Shown here piece by piece: positions 14,401 to 26,105 of a DNA stretch of 64,000 nt. This DNA comes from Octopus vulgaris (taxonomy: Eukaryota), in NCBI GenBank assembly GCA_951406725.2, contig OX597836.1, positions 29,388,001-29,452,000 of the forward strand, in the 5' to 3' direction. The position numbers and the translations under genes were made by a program. The first letter of the stretch is position 1. Every line of letters starts with the position of its first letter. The notes beneath the pieces are model-generated. The model ran no database searches and had not been told where the DNA came from. It was given only the letters and a program-made list of their open reading frames with translations.

Positions 14401-17400
14401 CATTGATTTTATAACTGCAGAGAGTAATGAGAACATCTTGGCACCAGCACTAGAGAGGTTGCTTTGTCTGTAGCCTCACTAAAGAATCCCCTGTAATCTA
14501 CGTTGCCTTTATTTGTTTCCCAACCACTGAATGCATTTTATTGTGGTTGTTTTGTCTTCTGAGAGACTAATGGACCCTCTTGTTCCACTTGTAGTAAATT
14601 TATTTTCCCATCATGTTAGATATTTAACTTTTGCCATTTTTACAGGCCATTACGTGAAGATGAAAAGTTACCTGTACGAACACACCATGTAGTTTTAGAC
14701 TATAATAACCTGGAAGAAGTTGGAGTTGATACATTAGAGTTGGAGAAACAAAAGAAGAAAAGCAAAAAGGAAAAGGACAAGAGTAAGAAGAAGAAGAAGG
14801 TAAGAACTTTTTGTTTTTAATATATATATATTTTATGACTTGGTATGTTCTGAGTTCAAATCCTTCAACAATAACTTTGCTGTTCATCTTTCCAGAGTCA
14901 CTAAAATAAAGCAGCAGTCAAGTACTGAGATTGATTAAATCAACTGTACTCTCACTCCCTAAAAATGTTAGCAATCAATAATTTCTAAAAATTTATAATT
15001 CAATATATTGTTCCTCTGTATTCTAATAATGACTCTTTTGCTCCAGCTAGTTGTCTGTGCATCATACTCTCTGGAATAATGTTACTCGACAAGGTACGGT
15101 AGCTTGGATTTAAGGGAGTTTTGCCAGGTTGAGCCACTGTCTCTCCAAACTGAGAGGTCACAGCTATGGTACTAAGGACTTGAGATTAGAATGTTGCAGG
15201 AAAGAATCACAAGATGAATTCTTCAAGTCAAGCCAACCAGAAAGAAACCTAGGAGTAGACCAAGAATAAAATGGTTCGATAATGTCCATAGTTTCAGTTT
15301 GTCACACTTTGAAATTCAACCGGAGAGTCTAATGATGGTTACTTCTTATACGACCCTATGGACAAGGTGCCTGAGAACTCTGCCCTCCACAACCCTCTCA
15401 GGAAAGTAGGTAGAGAAGATGGATGGATGGATAATATTTAAATTAAATAAATAAATGCACCCTTTTTAAAGCCTAGCCAGGCTCATGGGCCTGGTTTCTA
15501 TAGTGTATGTGTTCCCCAGATGGATGGGACGCCAGTCCATCACAGCGTTACTCATTTTTGCCAGCTGAGTGGACTGGAGCAACGTGAAATGAAGTGTTTT
15601 GCTCAAGAACACAATGCATTGCCCAGTCCAGGAATCGAAATCACAATCTTACGATCCTGATGCTGACACCCTAACCACTAAGCCACACACCTCCATGGAT
15701 AATATTTACTTGATATAATTTTGTTGTTACCAAAAATTTTTGAAAGTGGTTGATGGCTGTGAGGTTATGGTGCTGGTCTGCTGAACACATGATCAAACGT
15801 TCAAATCTTCCTTTAGCCATTGTACTCTGAGCAAGTCACAAAACTATGTGGTTGATTGTGTCACAAGACATTTTCTCTTTAAACAATTCTATCTTGCTGT
15901 ACCAGACATTTTACATCTAGATGGATTGAATCTTTCTTCAGTACTTCAGCCATTTCAGTGATGAGTTCAGAACAAGGCTGAAACATTAAGAATTATCTCC
16001 CATACTTGCCAGAAAATTAAAATATTATAAGCCATTTACAAATATGGATTTTTTTTCTTTTATTACATAACTATTTCTACATGGGTTTTTTTTTTCTCAC
16101 TACACAAGGTTAATTATTGCTCCAGTTTACATGTATCATTAAAAATAAAAACAGGTTTCATTTAATTACATAGCTGAGCAGTTAACAGAAGAAAATCATT
16201 CTGCAGTAAAGCCAAACAATTGTTTTTACAGCTGGGTGTAATCAGAATAAGCTATTTCATCCAAAGAAGCCTAGAGAATGGATGAAAAACTGATGGTGGT
16301 AATGAAGGATTTGATTAAAACAAAATTAAAAATCTAACTTATTTTTCTTCTTTTTTGTTGTTAATTTTCCTTTGAAAAATTTCTTTTGCAGGAGAGAAAG
16401 ATTCAGAAAAAAGAATTAAGTTCTGCATCTTTTGATGATAATAGAGTAAATGGAGAAACTAATATAATCTCTGCTCATGGCAAAGATTCGTTACCCTTGC
16501 AGCTGCCCGCAGAAGATCCCCAAGCACAAGTAAGGACCGAGTATTTATATACACACACACACACACAGATACACATACACACATGCAAACACACACACAC
16601 ATTGTTTTTTTCTTTCTCTGAACTCTTTCAAGCCTAAAATAAATTCATTCCTTTTGTCTTAATTTCTCCTTCTTCATAATTTCTTGCACTATGTGGCTTC
16701 TTGCCTTGTTTGTGACTTACTTATAAAAAAAAAAAATTGTTGTCATATTTTTTTAAAAATTATTTTATTTTATTTATTTTATTTTTCTAGCATGAAGATT
16801 TAGAGTTCTGGTTATCTGCCGGAGATATTTCTGCTGCTCACTCAAGGAATCAAGCAAAGATAGAAACGGTCAATTCTGTAACATTACCAGTTTCTGGCCG
16901 AGTTCAAACAACTGATTCTAAAGATAATAATCATTTGAGTACCGAAGTATGTGGAATGGTTTTTTTTATCATTAACCCTTTCGTTACCAACCCGGCTGAA
17001 ACCGGCTCTGGCTCTGTTGTACAAATGTCTTGTTTTCATAAGTTTTGAATTAAAATCTTCCACCAAGCCTTAGTCACAATTTACGTTCCTAACACTAGCT
17101 GAATGATAACTAAGTTATTTTATTAAATTCTTTGTTATATTTAAAGTAATTGAAAGAAACACAGAGCATCTCAAAATAAATACAGTAACGAAAGGGTTAA
17201 CACGTTTGCTTCTTTAAAATGGTTTTGGTATTTCATTAACTCCTTCATGGAAAGACCAAAATCTTTGTATTTTTCATTACTAAATTTCAGAGCTGCCATG
17301 TCTTGGTTTGTGAATGTTAAATGTAAAATCAGGATCATTTCAGTATAGCCTTATGCTTAATTTTTAAACTTTGATGGGTATAACGATATACTCTTAGCTC

Positions 17401-19365
17401 AGCTGTTTCTCTTTGGTAAGAAGTTTGCTTCCCAACCACATAGTTCTGGGTTCAGTCCCACTGTGTGGCACCTTGAGCAAGTGTCTTCTACTATAGCCTT
17501 AAGCTGACCAAATCCTTGTGAGTGGATTTGGTTGCAGAAACTGAAAGAATCCCATCATGTGTTTGTGAGTGTATGTTTTATTGTCGTAACATCATGCCAT
17601 ATACACCGTCCAGTCCGGGAATTGAAACTACGATTTTGCAATTGTGAGTGCAACATCATAACCACTGGGCCATGCACCTTCGCTGGCCTAGTGGGAGGTA
17701 ATAAAATGTATATTGTTTTATATCGTGCATTTTGTGAAGTGTCATTGGTTAAAGGTTCCCAAAGAGTCAACCACTGGTCCTTACATTTCCAGTAATGAGA
17801 GATTGGGCATTTGTATGTGCAACTTAGGCAGAATAAATACCAAAAGGTATTTTCATTCAACTTTAGTTTATCAGTAATATACACACCAACATGTTTATTT
17901 TGGACAGTAACACATGCTTGTACACACACACACACACACACACACATTCACAAACACACACACACATGACAGGCTTTATACAGTTTCCATCTAGGTGGAG
18001 GGGGTTATTACCTTGCTTGGGAACAGTTGTCAGTTGACATTAGGAAGGTCATCCAACCATAGCTAACTCTGTTTCATCTGACCCATGCTTGCATGAAAAA
18101 GCAGACATTAAAATAATGATAATGGTGATGAAGTAACTAGCCTTGGAGCACACAGTTTGGGGGCAGAGTTCTGTTGACTGAGGAGTGCATGTTGAAAGCG
18201 GATCAGGCTGAAAATGTGGATGCTTTTCAGCAGTAGCACTGTTAATAGTGACATTTTGGTTGAAGGCATCCTTTTCTTTCCTGACCATAGCCTTTGAGGT
18301 GTTGTTGTGGCAGGTATGGGTTGGCTGCCAGAAACGTTAGCACGCCGGGCAAAATGCTTAGCGGTATATCGTCTGCCGCTACGTTCTGAGTTCAAATTCC
18401 GCCAAGGTCGACTTTGCCTTTCATTCTTTCGGGGTCGATTAAATAAGTGCCAGTTACGCACTGGGGTCAATGTAATCGACTTAATCCGTTTGTCTGTCCT
18501 TGTTTGTCCCCTCTGTGTGTAGCCCCTTGTGGGCAGTAAAGAAATAGGTATGGGTTGTAGATAGTATTCAGGTGAACCAGTTCAGAACTTTGGGATTTGG
18601 TTGTGTGAGGGATACAAAGGAATAAAGCTCATAAGATGTTTTCAATTACATACTTGATAATTCTTCATCATTATCAGTCATCTATCGTCATTCCATTTCA
18701 TTATTATTGCTGTTTGAAAGGCAGTGAGCTAGCAGAATCATTGGCATGCCAGGCAAAATCTTAGCAGCATTTCGTCCGTGTTTACCTTCTGAGTTCACAT
18801 TCCACCAAGGTCTACTTTGCCTTCCATCCTTTTGGGGTTGATAAAGTGAACCACTGGAGTCGATGTAATCAATTAGTCCCCACCTGCAAAATTTCAGGCC
18901 TTGTGCCTTTAGTAGAAAGGATTATTATTATCGTTTCATCCATCTTTGTTTATATTCGTTGATATATGCTGATGTTTGTTTTGTTTTTACCTTCAAAGAA
19001 ACAAAAGAAGAAGAAAGAGAAAAGGACAAAAGAGAGGAAGAAGGAAAAGAAAAAGAAAGTCGAAGAAGAAAAAAACCGTAGTGAATACGAAGAAGCTGAA
19101 GGTGTCGCTACTCCGTCTAAAGAATACCTGCCTCCATCTGAGCAGCAAGATTCAGTTAAATTTGATTCCCCTGTGAGTTGCATTTCTGTTTACTTTTAGT
19201 TGTTCTAAACTAAAATGTATGACTAAATATCTGAGAGCCGAAATATTTTACAAATTTCATACATAAACTGCATTTTGATTGGTTAATCTCCAATCATGAT
19301 ATATTTTTCAGTGTCTACATCAGTGGCTTGCAACCTTTTTAATACCCAGACTGAATCCAAAACCT

Positions 19366-19403
<38 letters not shown>

Positions 19404-22400
19404 GTTGCACCAATAAAAGTAAAACACAAATCAAAGAAAAGTTTTTGCCAGAAGGATGCTTGCGAAACTGCTAGTCTGCATAGTACCAAACTGGATTTAA
19501 AAGCAGGAGCCTTTATTTCTAAAACTAAGAATTTCAATATACCACATGTGAAATAAAAGTTCCTAGTTTTCATTGAATTTGATACAATATACACATTCAG
19601 GAGTTTCTGAAATGAACAAACAAAAGATTAATTGCACTTGACATTATTTTCTATGATTAACCCTTTAGCGTTTAACCCTTTAACATTCAGATTATTCTGT
19701 CAAATATAATATTTATTCATCCATATTGTTTTAAGCTAATCATGCATTATTTCGTAACTTTAAGATTTCGATGATGTTATCACCTGTTTTTAGATTGACA
19801 TTATAGGTTGGTGTGAGATACCAAATCTGGGCAGTTTTAACAGAAACCAGGTAGATTATTTGGGCCGGATATGGCCGGTTTAAACACTAAAGGGTTAAAC
19901 TAGTCATATCCAACCCAAAATATTCTGTCTGTTTTATATTTAAACTGGCAAGATCCAGCCTCTCATACCTATCCAGCAATGTCATTCCAAAAATAAACAA
20001 TGACCTCATCGTAATCTTGAAGCTACAAGATAATTGTAGTGAATTCAAAGCAACGTGAATGAATAAGCATTGAATCTGACAAAGTAATCTGAATGCTAAT
20101 GGTTAAATTGTTATAAATTCCTTCAGTGTTCCTTATCTGTTGTTTGTAGAACTTTCATCTCTGTTAGTTTTCTGTGATTTCTTTCCTTCGTTGCATCTTA
20201 TTTCTGTTTTTCTTTAATAAATGAATATTTAAAACATTTTTTTTACATGATGCAAACGTTTCTCTTTTTGTAGCCTATGTCAAATTACCGAAGATTAGCT
20301 GGAAATGAGTCTCTGAAAATGGTATGTCCACTTTGTAAATATATGTCTAATTTATTTTATATTTGATTAACATCATCTCAAAATTTAGCCTCTAACGTCA
20401 TAGACATAGATATGTGCATGAGAAGTTCACCTCCCATCCACATGGTTCCAGGTTCAATCCCACTGTGTGGCACTCTGGGCAAGTATCTTGTATCATAGCC
20501 CCAGGCCAACCAAAGCCTTGTGAGTGGATTTGGGAGATGGAAACTGAAAAAAGTTTATCATGTGTGTGTGTGTCTTTGCCTTGACATTGATTGTCACTGT
20601 CATACAAGCAGCATCACTCATTTTCAATATTCTGCATGTATACATCTGGCCATGAGGAAATATTGCCTTGCCTGGAAACAGGTGAAGGTTGGTAACAGGA
20701 AGGACATCCAGCTGTAGAAAATTTGCCTCATAATAGTCTCCATCCGCCTAATGCAAGCTTGGATAAGCAGTTGTTAAAACAATATTATCATTGAAGTTGA
20801 TGCATTCTGTTGTGTATATGTAAGTACATGGGTTAGAGTGACTCAAACAAATAATAATGGTTTGTTTTTTAATTATTTTAATTAACCAGGTCTATGAAAC
20901 GCGAGTGAGCCAACAGCGAAGTGATCAAATAGTGATATCTGTGATATTTACCAATCAGTCTTCTAATCACATAAAAGATATTGAGTTCAATGTCCTTAAC
21001 ACACTCAATGCACGATTAATACGAACAGTAAGTACTCGGTTAACATTTTCTCCTATCCTCTACACGAGTTTCCAAGAAATTAGGTAAGGTCTACCGCAGT
21101 GGTTCTCAACCAGGGTCCATATAGCCCTTGAGGGTCCATTATAAGATTTTTGGGGGTCCACATAACAAAACAGTATTTTAAGGGCCCCTGAAAAAATTTT
21201 GCTTTATATGTATATATTGTTATGTATTGCAAGAAACAGCTTTGATTATTTCTCTAAAGTTTTGCATAGTTCAGTCTATGCAAGTTGATGTGTGTGAAAC
21301 AAAATTGGAAGTTTGAAAGAAGTATCTTTAAACATCAAATGGCTGTAAGTGTCCATCAGAATAAAATAGAAATCAAAGAGGCCTATATATAAAAAATGGT
21401 TGAGAACCCCTAGTCTACTGTAATACCATAACTAAACAATAAGCTACAACTGAAACTATTCTTGTGTGTTCAAGATATTTATGGACGGATGGATGGACAG
21501 ACATTGAAAGAAGCCCATTATGTGTGTGTCTCTCCTTGTTTTGACATTGAACGGTAGTTGTAGGTGAGTGTCACAATCATACAAAGAGTATCATTCATTT
21601 CCAATATGATGCAAAAACATGTCTGGTCAAGGAGAAATATTACCTTGCTTGGAAACAGGTGAGGGTTGGTGACAGGAAGGGCATCTGACCACAGAAAATC
21701 TGCCTCTATAAAATTCTGTCCAACCTACCTACCTACCTACCTCCAGCCCGCCCGCACTTATTGTTTGATTATTTGTGTTTTCTATTCCAGTTTGGCTCAG
21801 ATCACGACCCAGTAAAGGTGCCCTTTTTATTACTTCCAAATAGTCAAAATGAAGGTCAGTTTGCATTTAGTATACAGAATATTACAATGCCACAGAAAAT
21901 GAAGGGAACACTTACTTATATAATAAAGGTAAGCCTTATACAGATTAATGCTGATATATATTTATTTTAGTAAATACCTCATCACTACCATATTACCTTT
22001 TTTCTCCAGATACTCCCACTCACCCTTATGAAAATGTAAGGTAGCCATATCTTCTCTATAGTAAGACACCTCTGCTTGTCCCTGGCATGAAGCCACTTCA
22101 CCTTCTCAAATACTTCTTCTAATTAGTTGAGAGAGTTCCCCACTCCACTTCTTTTGGTCTTTCTTGTCTTGCAAGTTACTTGGCAACTCCACAAGTGCTT
22201 GTAGCACAAAAAAAAAAGGGGGCACCTAGTACACATTGTAAAGTGGTTGGCATTAGGAAGGGTATCAAGCCATAGAAACCATACCAATGCAGCCCTGTGA
22301 CTTGCTGGAACCTGTCAAATCCATGCCAGCATTGAAAACAGACATTAAATGATGATGTTGATTTGAATGGTAGGAAATATACTTGACATATATCATTTAT

Positions 22401-25400
22401 CACAGAGGTTCTTAACTGATGTCTATATGGCCCTTGAGGGTCTATATAAGATTTTGATGTTTAAATTTATGTGCAATAATTTGTTTATTACTTTTGCAAT
22501 ACACCAAATATCTTAACTCTTTTTTTATACAATTCCTAAAAATATTTAATTATAAAAATATATGACTTTTTAAACATCAAATGACTAGGTAGGTCCATCC
22601 AGGTAAAATAAGAATCAAAGGGGTCCATAGGCAAAAATTAGTTGAGAAACACTGATTTATCAGGAAAAATTACTTAGAAAAATAAAAACTCAGGTTTTAT
22701 TGAATATTTTTTATGAATCCCAATTAGCTAATTTTTACAATATTTGTTTTATGTCATATTAGTTACTAACACAAAAGTATATTAAAAAAAAAATTAATAA
22801 AAATATTTTTTATAATTATTTTGAAATGTCAGCAAAGGTATTTGTGTTTGTTTTATTTTGTTTCTCCTATGAGAGAATAAAAATGTTTATATTTTTGAAA
22901 GAAAACTAATACCATATTTTCCGGCACACAAGTCAAAATTTTGCAGGCCAAACTTTACAGCCAAGAAAGGTAGGTTGGTTTATACACCAAGAAGACTTTG
23001 GAAGACCAAAAATTTCATGTGAAACGCAGCAGGATTTGGAAAGATAGTGAAAATGTTTGAATGTTTACATTACTTACCTACGCTCTATACTGTATCTACT
23101 TGTAAGCCAGAAAACACAAGTATGTATGAGCCAACAAAGGAAAACTGCACAGTCATTAGTTCTATTAGAAATAGAAGCTGAATCTCTTTTAAATTGCACC
23201 CTTCTGTCTTATGAATGTACAGAATATATTTTCCAGAATATATTTTCTAAGGGCGGTGAGCTGGCAGAAATGTTAGCACACCGGGCGAAATGCTTAGTGG
23301 TTTTTCATCTGCCGTTACATTCTGAGTTCAAATTCTGCCGAGGTCGACTTTGCTTTTCATCCTTTCGGGGGTCAATAAATTAAGTACCAGTTACAAACTG
23401 GGGTCAATGTAATCGACTTAATCCCTTTGTCCTTGTTTGTCCCCTCTATGTTTAGCCCCTTGTGGGCAATAAAGAAATAAGAATATATTTTCCAATACAC
23501 AAGTTGAATTTCTCTGACCAAAATTGACCCCCACCGTTCAACTGGTGCTTATTTTATTGAGCTCGAATGGACGAAGGGTAAAGGTGACCTTCGATAATTT
23601 GAACTCAGAGCACAAGGAGTTGGAAGGAATGCCACTAAGCATTTTGTCTGATGTGCTAATTATTCTGCCAGCTTGCTACTTTTGATTAATTTATAATAAC
23701 ATATGAAGTTGATGAGCATCTTTATAAAAGATAGTATTTTACACTCCACTGCATCCAAAACAAGGAATACTGCACATCTTAAACTTGCTATAATAACATG
23801 TATTGATGAATTTCTTTTCCAGACTGCTGAAGGGTCAACACATGAAAAACTTGACTTTAAAATCTGCTTTCCATGTTCTTCTTACCTTATTGGTACTCAA
23901 TGTAAGGGGTAAGTAGTGGAATCTTAATGTTTATCTTCGTAGCTCATCACTACACTTAGGCTGCTTCCTAAAAAACAATTTTACTTGCTTTAAGCTTAAT
24001 CATCTGTTCAGACCAACATTCTTATTCTTTCTGTGATGTTTTTAGTTTTACTCACTCCTTGGTTAACTGCAGGTGTGGAATCTTTATTTCTAAAATAATA
24101 TATATTGATCTTTATACTATTTTCATCAACATGAAGAAAGCATTTACCATTGTAAACCATACCATACTGTTGGCTGTGATACTGAAGAACACTACCCCTG
24201 TAAAACTTTAGGTTAACTGCACTGCTAAGCATTGGTGGAACAAGTTTCATTCTGCTGAACTAGTTCAACACAGTTCTTACCACACAGCCACTCTTGCGCT
24301 TATAACCACTCCTGCTAAAGAATAATAAATATATACTCTACAAAAAGAATTGTGTAATCCTTCAGTTTAATGTAAAATTGTTTTTATTATAACTTGACAT
24401 AAAAACAAACACATACATATATATATGTGTATATATGTATATGTTTGTATAATTTCATATTTTACAGATCAAGTTTTGCATCACTTTTGAGCAATGGACA
24501 ATTGTCTGCAAAAACTAGCACAAAGATTGAATTACCTGATGAGGACTTTTCTCATATTTTGGCCAAGTTATGTTTTCACCTTCACTTTACAAGTAAGAAA
24601 TTTTCTTTACCTATTCTAACATTTGTGCATCAATTCTTATGTTGCTGTGAGATGAATATGTTTCACAAGGTACATGACACTTAAAGCGATCCCAGAGCAA
24701 ACCCGGACATATCGTAAACATCAAAACTTATGTATTGATTTAGATAACTTTCTGTTAATAAATAACATCATCATTTTGTCGATTATTAACTTATTTTTAG
24801 ATATATAAAAGAGCAGTGGTTCTCCATGTTTTTCACTCAGTGATGCACTGCACATCAAATAAAAAAACTTTGTGCATTTCATGTTGCTACTTCTAGCTTG
24901 CAAGGCAACTGCATATAGTTCCCCTCAGTGGTAAAATCTAGTTCTGATACTCTGGATTGTAGCTTCTTTCAACTTGTGTTAAATTGATTAGAAGAACATC
25001 AATTTTTTCCATGTGTCTACCACCCGAATCATTATGATGGGAGTGAGAAAACTAGGCAATATTGAAATCATGGAGAATAATGGGTTGAGAGAGAGAAAAG
25101 AGAGTTGATGTAGATGTCCCTATGGCAAAGTGAAATTTGTTTGTCCTTAGATTTAGTATAACATACGGTCCCAGCCAGCTGTCTGGAATTTGGAAAGAAA
25201 CGTAGTAGAGATTCAATTTAATTTTCCACTTGAGAAGATATTTCATTGTTTGTGGATTATTTTTTGTAAAAATATTCAGGTATCACTGTTCTAATTCTCA
25301 TTAAAGTTAATTTTGTCATAAGGTTATTCTCACAAAAGTTCCATATTCTGATAAATTTTCTATTTCAGTTGTTGAACAGGTTGATCACAGTGCATCCCTA

Positions 25401-25659
25401 TATAGTAGGTCTATTCAAGATCACCATGTTTGCTTGCTTGTTAAATATTTGGTAAGTTGATGTATTTTTACCCCTTTGTTAATTAACTCAGTTTTTGTCA
25501 TCTGATGCAGGTACTTATGAGGGTTGTAAACAAAAAAAAGAAGATAAATTGCCATACTTAATAAAATGAGATGGTTTCCAACTTTTTAAACTTGTCTCCC
25601 CAACACCTGGCAAAGAAAAAAGAAATATATAGAAGCAACCTGTATTGTCTAGGGAATTT

Positions 25660-25694
<35 letters not shown>

Positions 25695-26105
25695 CAAAGG
25701 TTAAAAATTGTCAATTTGAAAAACTGACAGTTATCAGTTTGATAATTTATCAGATTGAGAAACTCTAGGTTTGGCTATTTTTATGTCCAATTAATTGCTT
25801 TTTCAATGTTTTTTGTCAATTCTGGATTTAAATATATTCCCCCTTTAATTATAAATACAGTATGGAATTAAAGAAATTAAAGAAAATTGAATAAAGAAAA
25901 ATAGTTCAATGCATTCAAACAGTCCTTTTATAGAATATTTAATGGAGAATTGTGTGTGTGTGTTTATGTATGTATGCTAATCGTTTATGTATCTCTTTTT
26001 CAGCCAAATAACCAACTGAACATTGATGCTAAAAGTTCCGAGTCTATGTTGCTTTCTAATATAATTGATGACATCAAAGCAATTTTGAGTATGACAACCC
26101 AATGA
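551..26105 (+). CDS. AP3D1: AP-3 complex subunit delta (delta-adaptin), 3' part of a multi-exon gene; 5' exons lie upstream of the window
   Basis: join(551-696,1366-1464,2971-3031,4167-4235,6530-6608,10734-10945,12549-12628,14646-14799,16392-16529,16791-16946,18999-19172,20274-20321,20890-21027,21791-21928,23823-23908,24468-24592,25369-25451,26004-26105) is one open frame of 696 codons with GT-AG introns. Recognisable delta-adaptin motifs: LFSGELNPVALKAQRKVPVP-LDLDRWINE, IDLSVPL, DLEFWLS, THEKLDF, SLYSRSIQDHHVCLLVK. Confidence 0.95.
1366..1464 (+). CDS. AP3D1: AP3D1 exon (LDLDRWINEIPSDSSDEE...)
   Basis: phase 2/2, caag acceptor, gtatgt donor. Confidence 0.9.
2971..3031 (+). CDS. AP3D1: AP3D1 exon (STYKNDVKKIAEPTEEELER)
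   Basis: tttaaag acceptor, gtaagt donor, phase-compatible. Confidence 0.85.
4167..4235 (+). CDS. AP3D1: AP3D1 exon (RREQRRIEQMHNPHYLKDDGKSK)
   Basis: atttag acceptor, gtaagt donor, resembles vertebrate RREARKQEQANNPFYIK. Confidence 0.9.
4460..4939 (-). mobile_element. RTE-LINE 3' UTR-type repeat (family C) ending in (GAT)n
   Basis: ggagtggttggcgttaggaagggcatccagc...aaacgatgatg; copies at about 2335-2529, 12654-12905, 28800-28955, 38997-39284, 42385-42760, 44408-44670, 48635-48920 and 54103-54372. Confidence 0.75.
5200..5805. mobile_element. TTAA-flanked (piggyBac-like) MITE interrupted by a SINE
   Basis: ttaaCCCTTT...AGGttag ends; body matches copies at 19676-19894, 27960-28176 and 29594-29790. 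Confidence 0.65.
5288..5668 (+). mobile_element. tRNA-headed SINE, family A
   Basis: A/B-box-like head ggagtggctgtgtggtaag...ggttcc, internal (TA)n, tail gaaacaagtaaaagagtaaa; many copies in the window. Confidence 0.85.
6530..6608 (+). CDS. AP3D1: AP3D1 exon (SKRYESINIEDIPVADIDLSVPLHVP), hinge region
   Basis: poly-T ag acceptor, gtaaga donor, IDLSVPL motif. Confidence 0.92.
10299..10316 (+). CDS. AP3D1: candidate 18-nt frame-preserving AP3D1 microexon (DLRRSS)
   Basis: ttttatttttag|ATTTAAGACGGTCTTCAG|gttagg; phase 1/1 matches flanking exons; no stop. Confidence 0.5.
10734..10945 (+). CDS. AP3D1: AP3D1 exon (GLSSSDKYLKL...VMDMPE)
   Basis: ctcctcag acceptor, gtatga donor. Confidence 0.9.
11006..11236 (+). 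mobile_element. SINE family B with 12-bp TSD GGTATGGATGAA
   Basis: TSD at 10994-11005 and 11237-11248; B-box-like gagttcaaattcc. Confidence 0.85.
12549..12628 (+). CDS. AP3D1: AP3D1 exon (GAHLSDKDDDDKNADDPHRKLNIDLD)
   Basis: tttattag acceptor, gtaagt donor, DPHRKLNIDLD motif. Confidence 0.92.
13176..13920 (+). mobile_element. RTE-clade LINE 3' fragment (ORF C-terminus plus 3' UTR)
   Basis: translates RGIKCGMQERRLHWFGHLMHM...GTCGRGRPRKTW (W.GH/GRP..W RTE signature); family C tail blocks follow. Confidence 0.78.
14646..14799 (+). CDS. AP3D1: AP3D1 exon (PLREDEKLPVRTH...KKKKK)
   Basis: ttttacag acceptor, gtaaga donor. Confidence 0.9.
15080..15432 (+). mobile_element. decayed RTE/Expander-like LINE 3' end
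   Basis: RKKPRSRPRIKWFD-like remnant followed by a (GATG)n tail. Confidence 0.55.
15441..15694 (-). mobile_element. tRNA-headed SINE family D with 14-bp TSD ATGGATAATATTTA
   Basis: TSD at 15427-15440 and 15695-15708; relatives at about 11371-11672, 33491-33795, 34721-35027, 42981-43316, 50494-50782 and 58722-59030. Confidence 0.82.
16392..16529 (+). CDS. AP3D1: AP3D1 hinge exon (ERKIQKKE...DPQAQ)
   Basis: ttttgcag acceptor, gtaagg donor, phase 0/0, open frame. Confidence 0.75.
16791..16946 (+). CDS. AP3D1: AP3D1 hinge exon (HEDLEFWLS...HLSTE)
   Basis: ttttctag acceptor, gtatgt donor, DLEFWLS motif. Confidence 0.82.
16976..17196. mobile_element. TTAA-flanked piggyBac-like MITE, second family
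   Basis: TTAA-CCCTTTCGTTAC ... GTAACGAAAGGG-TTAA, perfect 12-bp TIR; older copies at about 6893, 10070 and 29906. Confidence 0.85.
18324..18545 (+). mobile_element. SINE family B with 12-bp TSD AGGTATGGGTTG
   Basis: TSD at 18312-18323 and 18546-18557. Confidence 0.85.
18999..19172 (+). CDS. AP3D1: AP3D1 Lys-rich exon (KQKKKKEK...KFDSP)
   Basis: cttcaaag acceptor, gtgagt donor, phase 0/0. Confidence 0.82.
19661..20102. mobile_element. TTAA MITE with a same-family copy (19676-19894) nested in inverted orientation
   Basis: outer TTAA at 19657 and 20103; inner TTAA TSD at 19672-19675 and 19895-19898. Confidence 0.8.
20274..20321 (+). CDS. AP3D1: AP3D1 exon (PMSNYRRLAGNESLKM)
   Basis: ttttgtag acceptor, gtatgt donor; start of ear domain. 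Confidence 0.88.
20890..21027 (+). CDS. AP3D1: AP3D1 ear-domain exon (VYETRVSQ...NARLIRT)
   Basis: ccag acceptor, gtaagt donor. Confidence 0.92.
21097..21412. mobile_element. hAT (Charlie-like) MITE
   Basis: CAGTGGTTCTCAACC...GGTTGAGAACCCCT TIR; 8-bp TSD gtctac(c/t)g. Confidence 0.8.
21791..21928 (+). CDS. AP3D1: AP3D1 ear-domain exon (FGSDHDPVKVPF...KGTLTYIIK)
   Basis: ttccag acceptor, gtaagc donor. Confidence 0.93.
22403..22654. mobile_element. hAT MITE, same family as 21097-21412
   Basis: perfect 8-bp TSD ATTTATCA at 22395-22402 and 22655-22662. Confidence 0.82.
23251..23479 (+). mobile_element. SINE family B with a 16-bp TSD (one mismatch)
   Basis: agaatatattttc(t/c)aa at 23235-23250 and 23480-23495. 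Confidence 0.85.
23823..23908 (+). CDS. AP3D1: AP3D1 exon (TAEGSTHEKLDFKICFPCSSYL...)
   Basis: ttttccag acceptor, gtaagt donor. Confidence 0.93.
24468..24592 (+). CDS. AP3D1: AP3D1 exon (SSFASLLSNGQL...LCFHLHFT)
   Basis: tttacag acceptor, gtaaga donor. Confidence 0.93.
25369..25451 (+). CDS. AP3D1: AP3D1 exon (VEQVDHSASLYSRSIQDHHVCLLVKYL)
   Basis: tttcag acceptor, gtaagt donor. Confidence 0.94.
26004..26105 (+). CDS. AP3D1: AP3D1 last coding exon (PNNQLNIDAKSSESMLLSNIIDDIKAILSMTTQ*)
   Basis: ttttcag acceptor, TGA at 26103-26105. Confidence 0.93.
   Translation, partial: PNNQLNIDAKSSESMLLSNIIDDIKAILSMTTQ

Noticed and set aside
16791-16868. Shorter exon ending at ACG|gtcaat as the main form
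   Set aside because: Weak donor; the frame stays open to a stronger gtatgt donor at 16947
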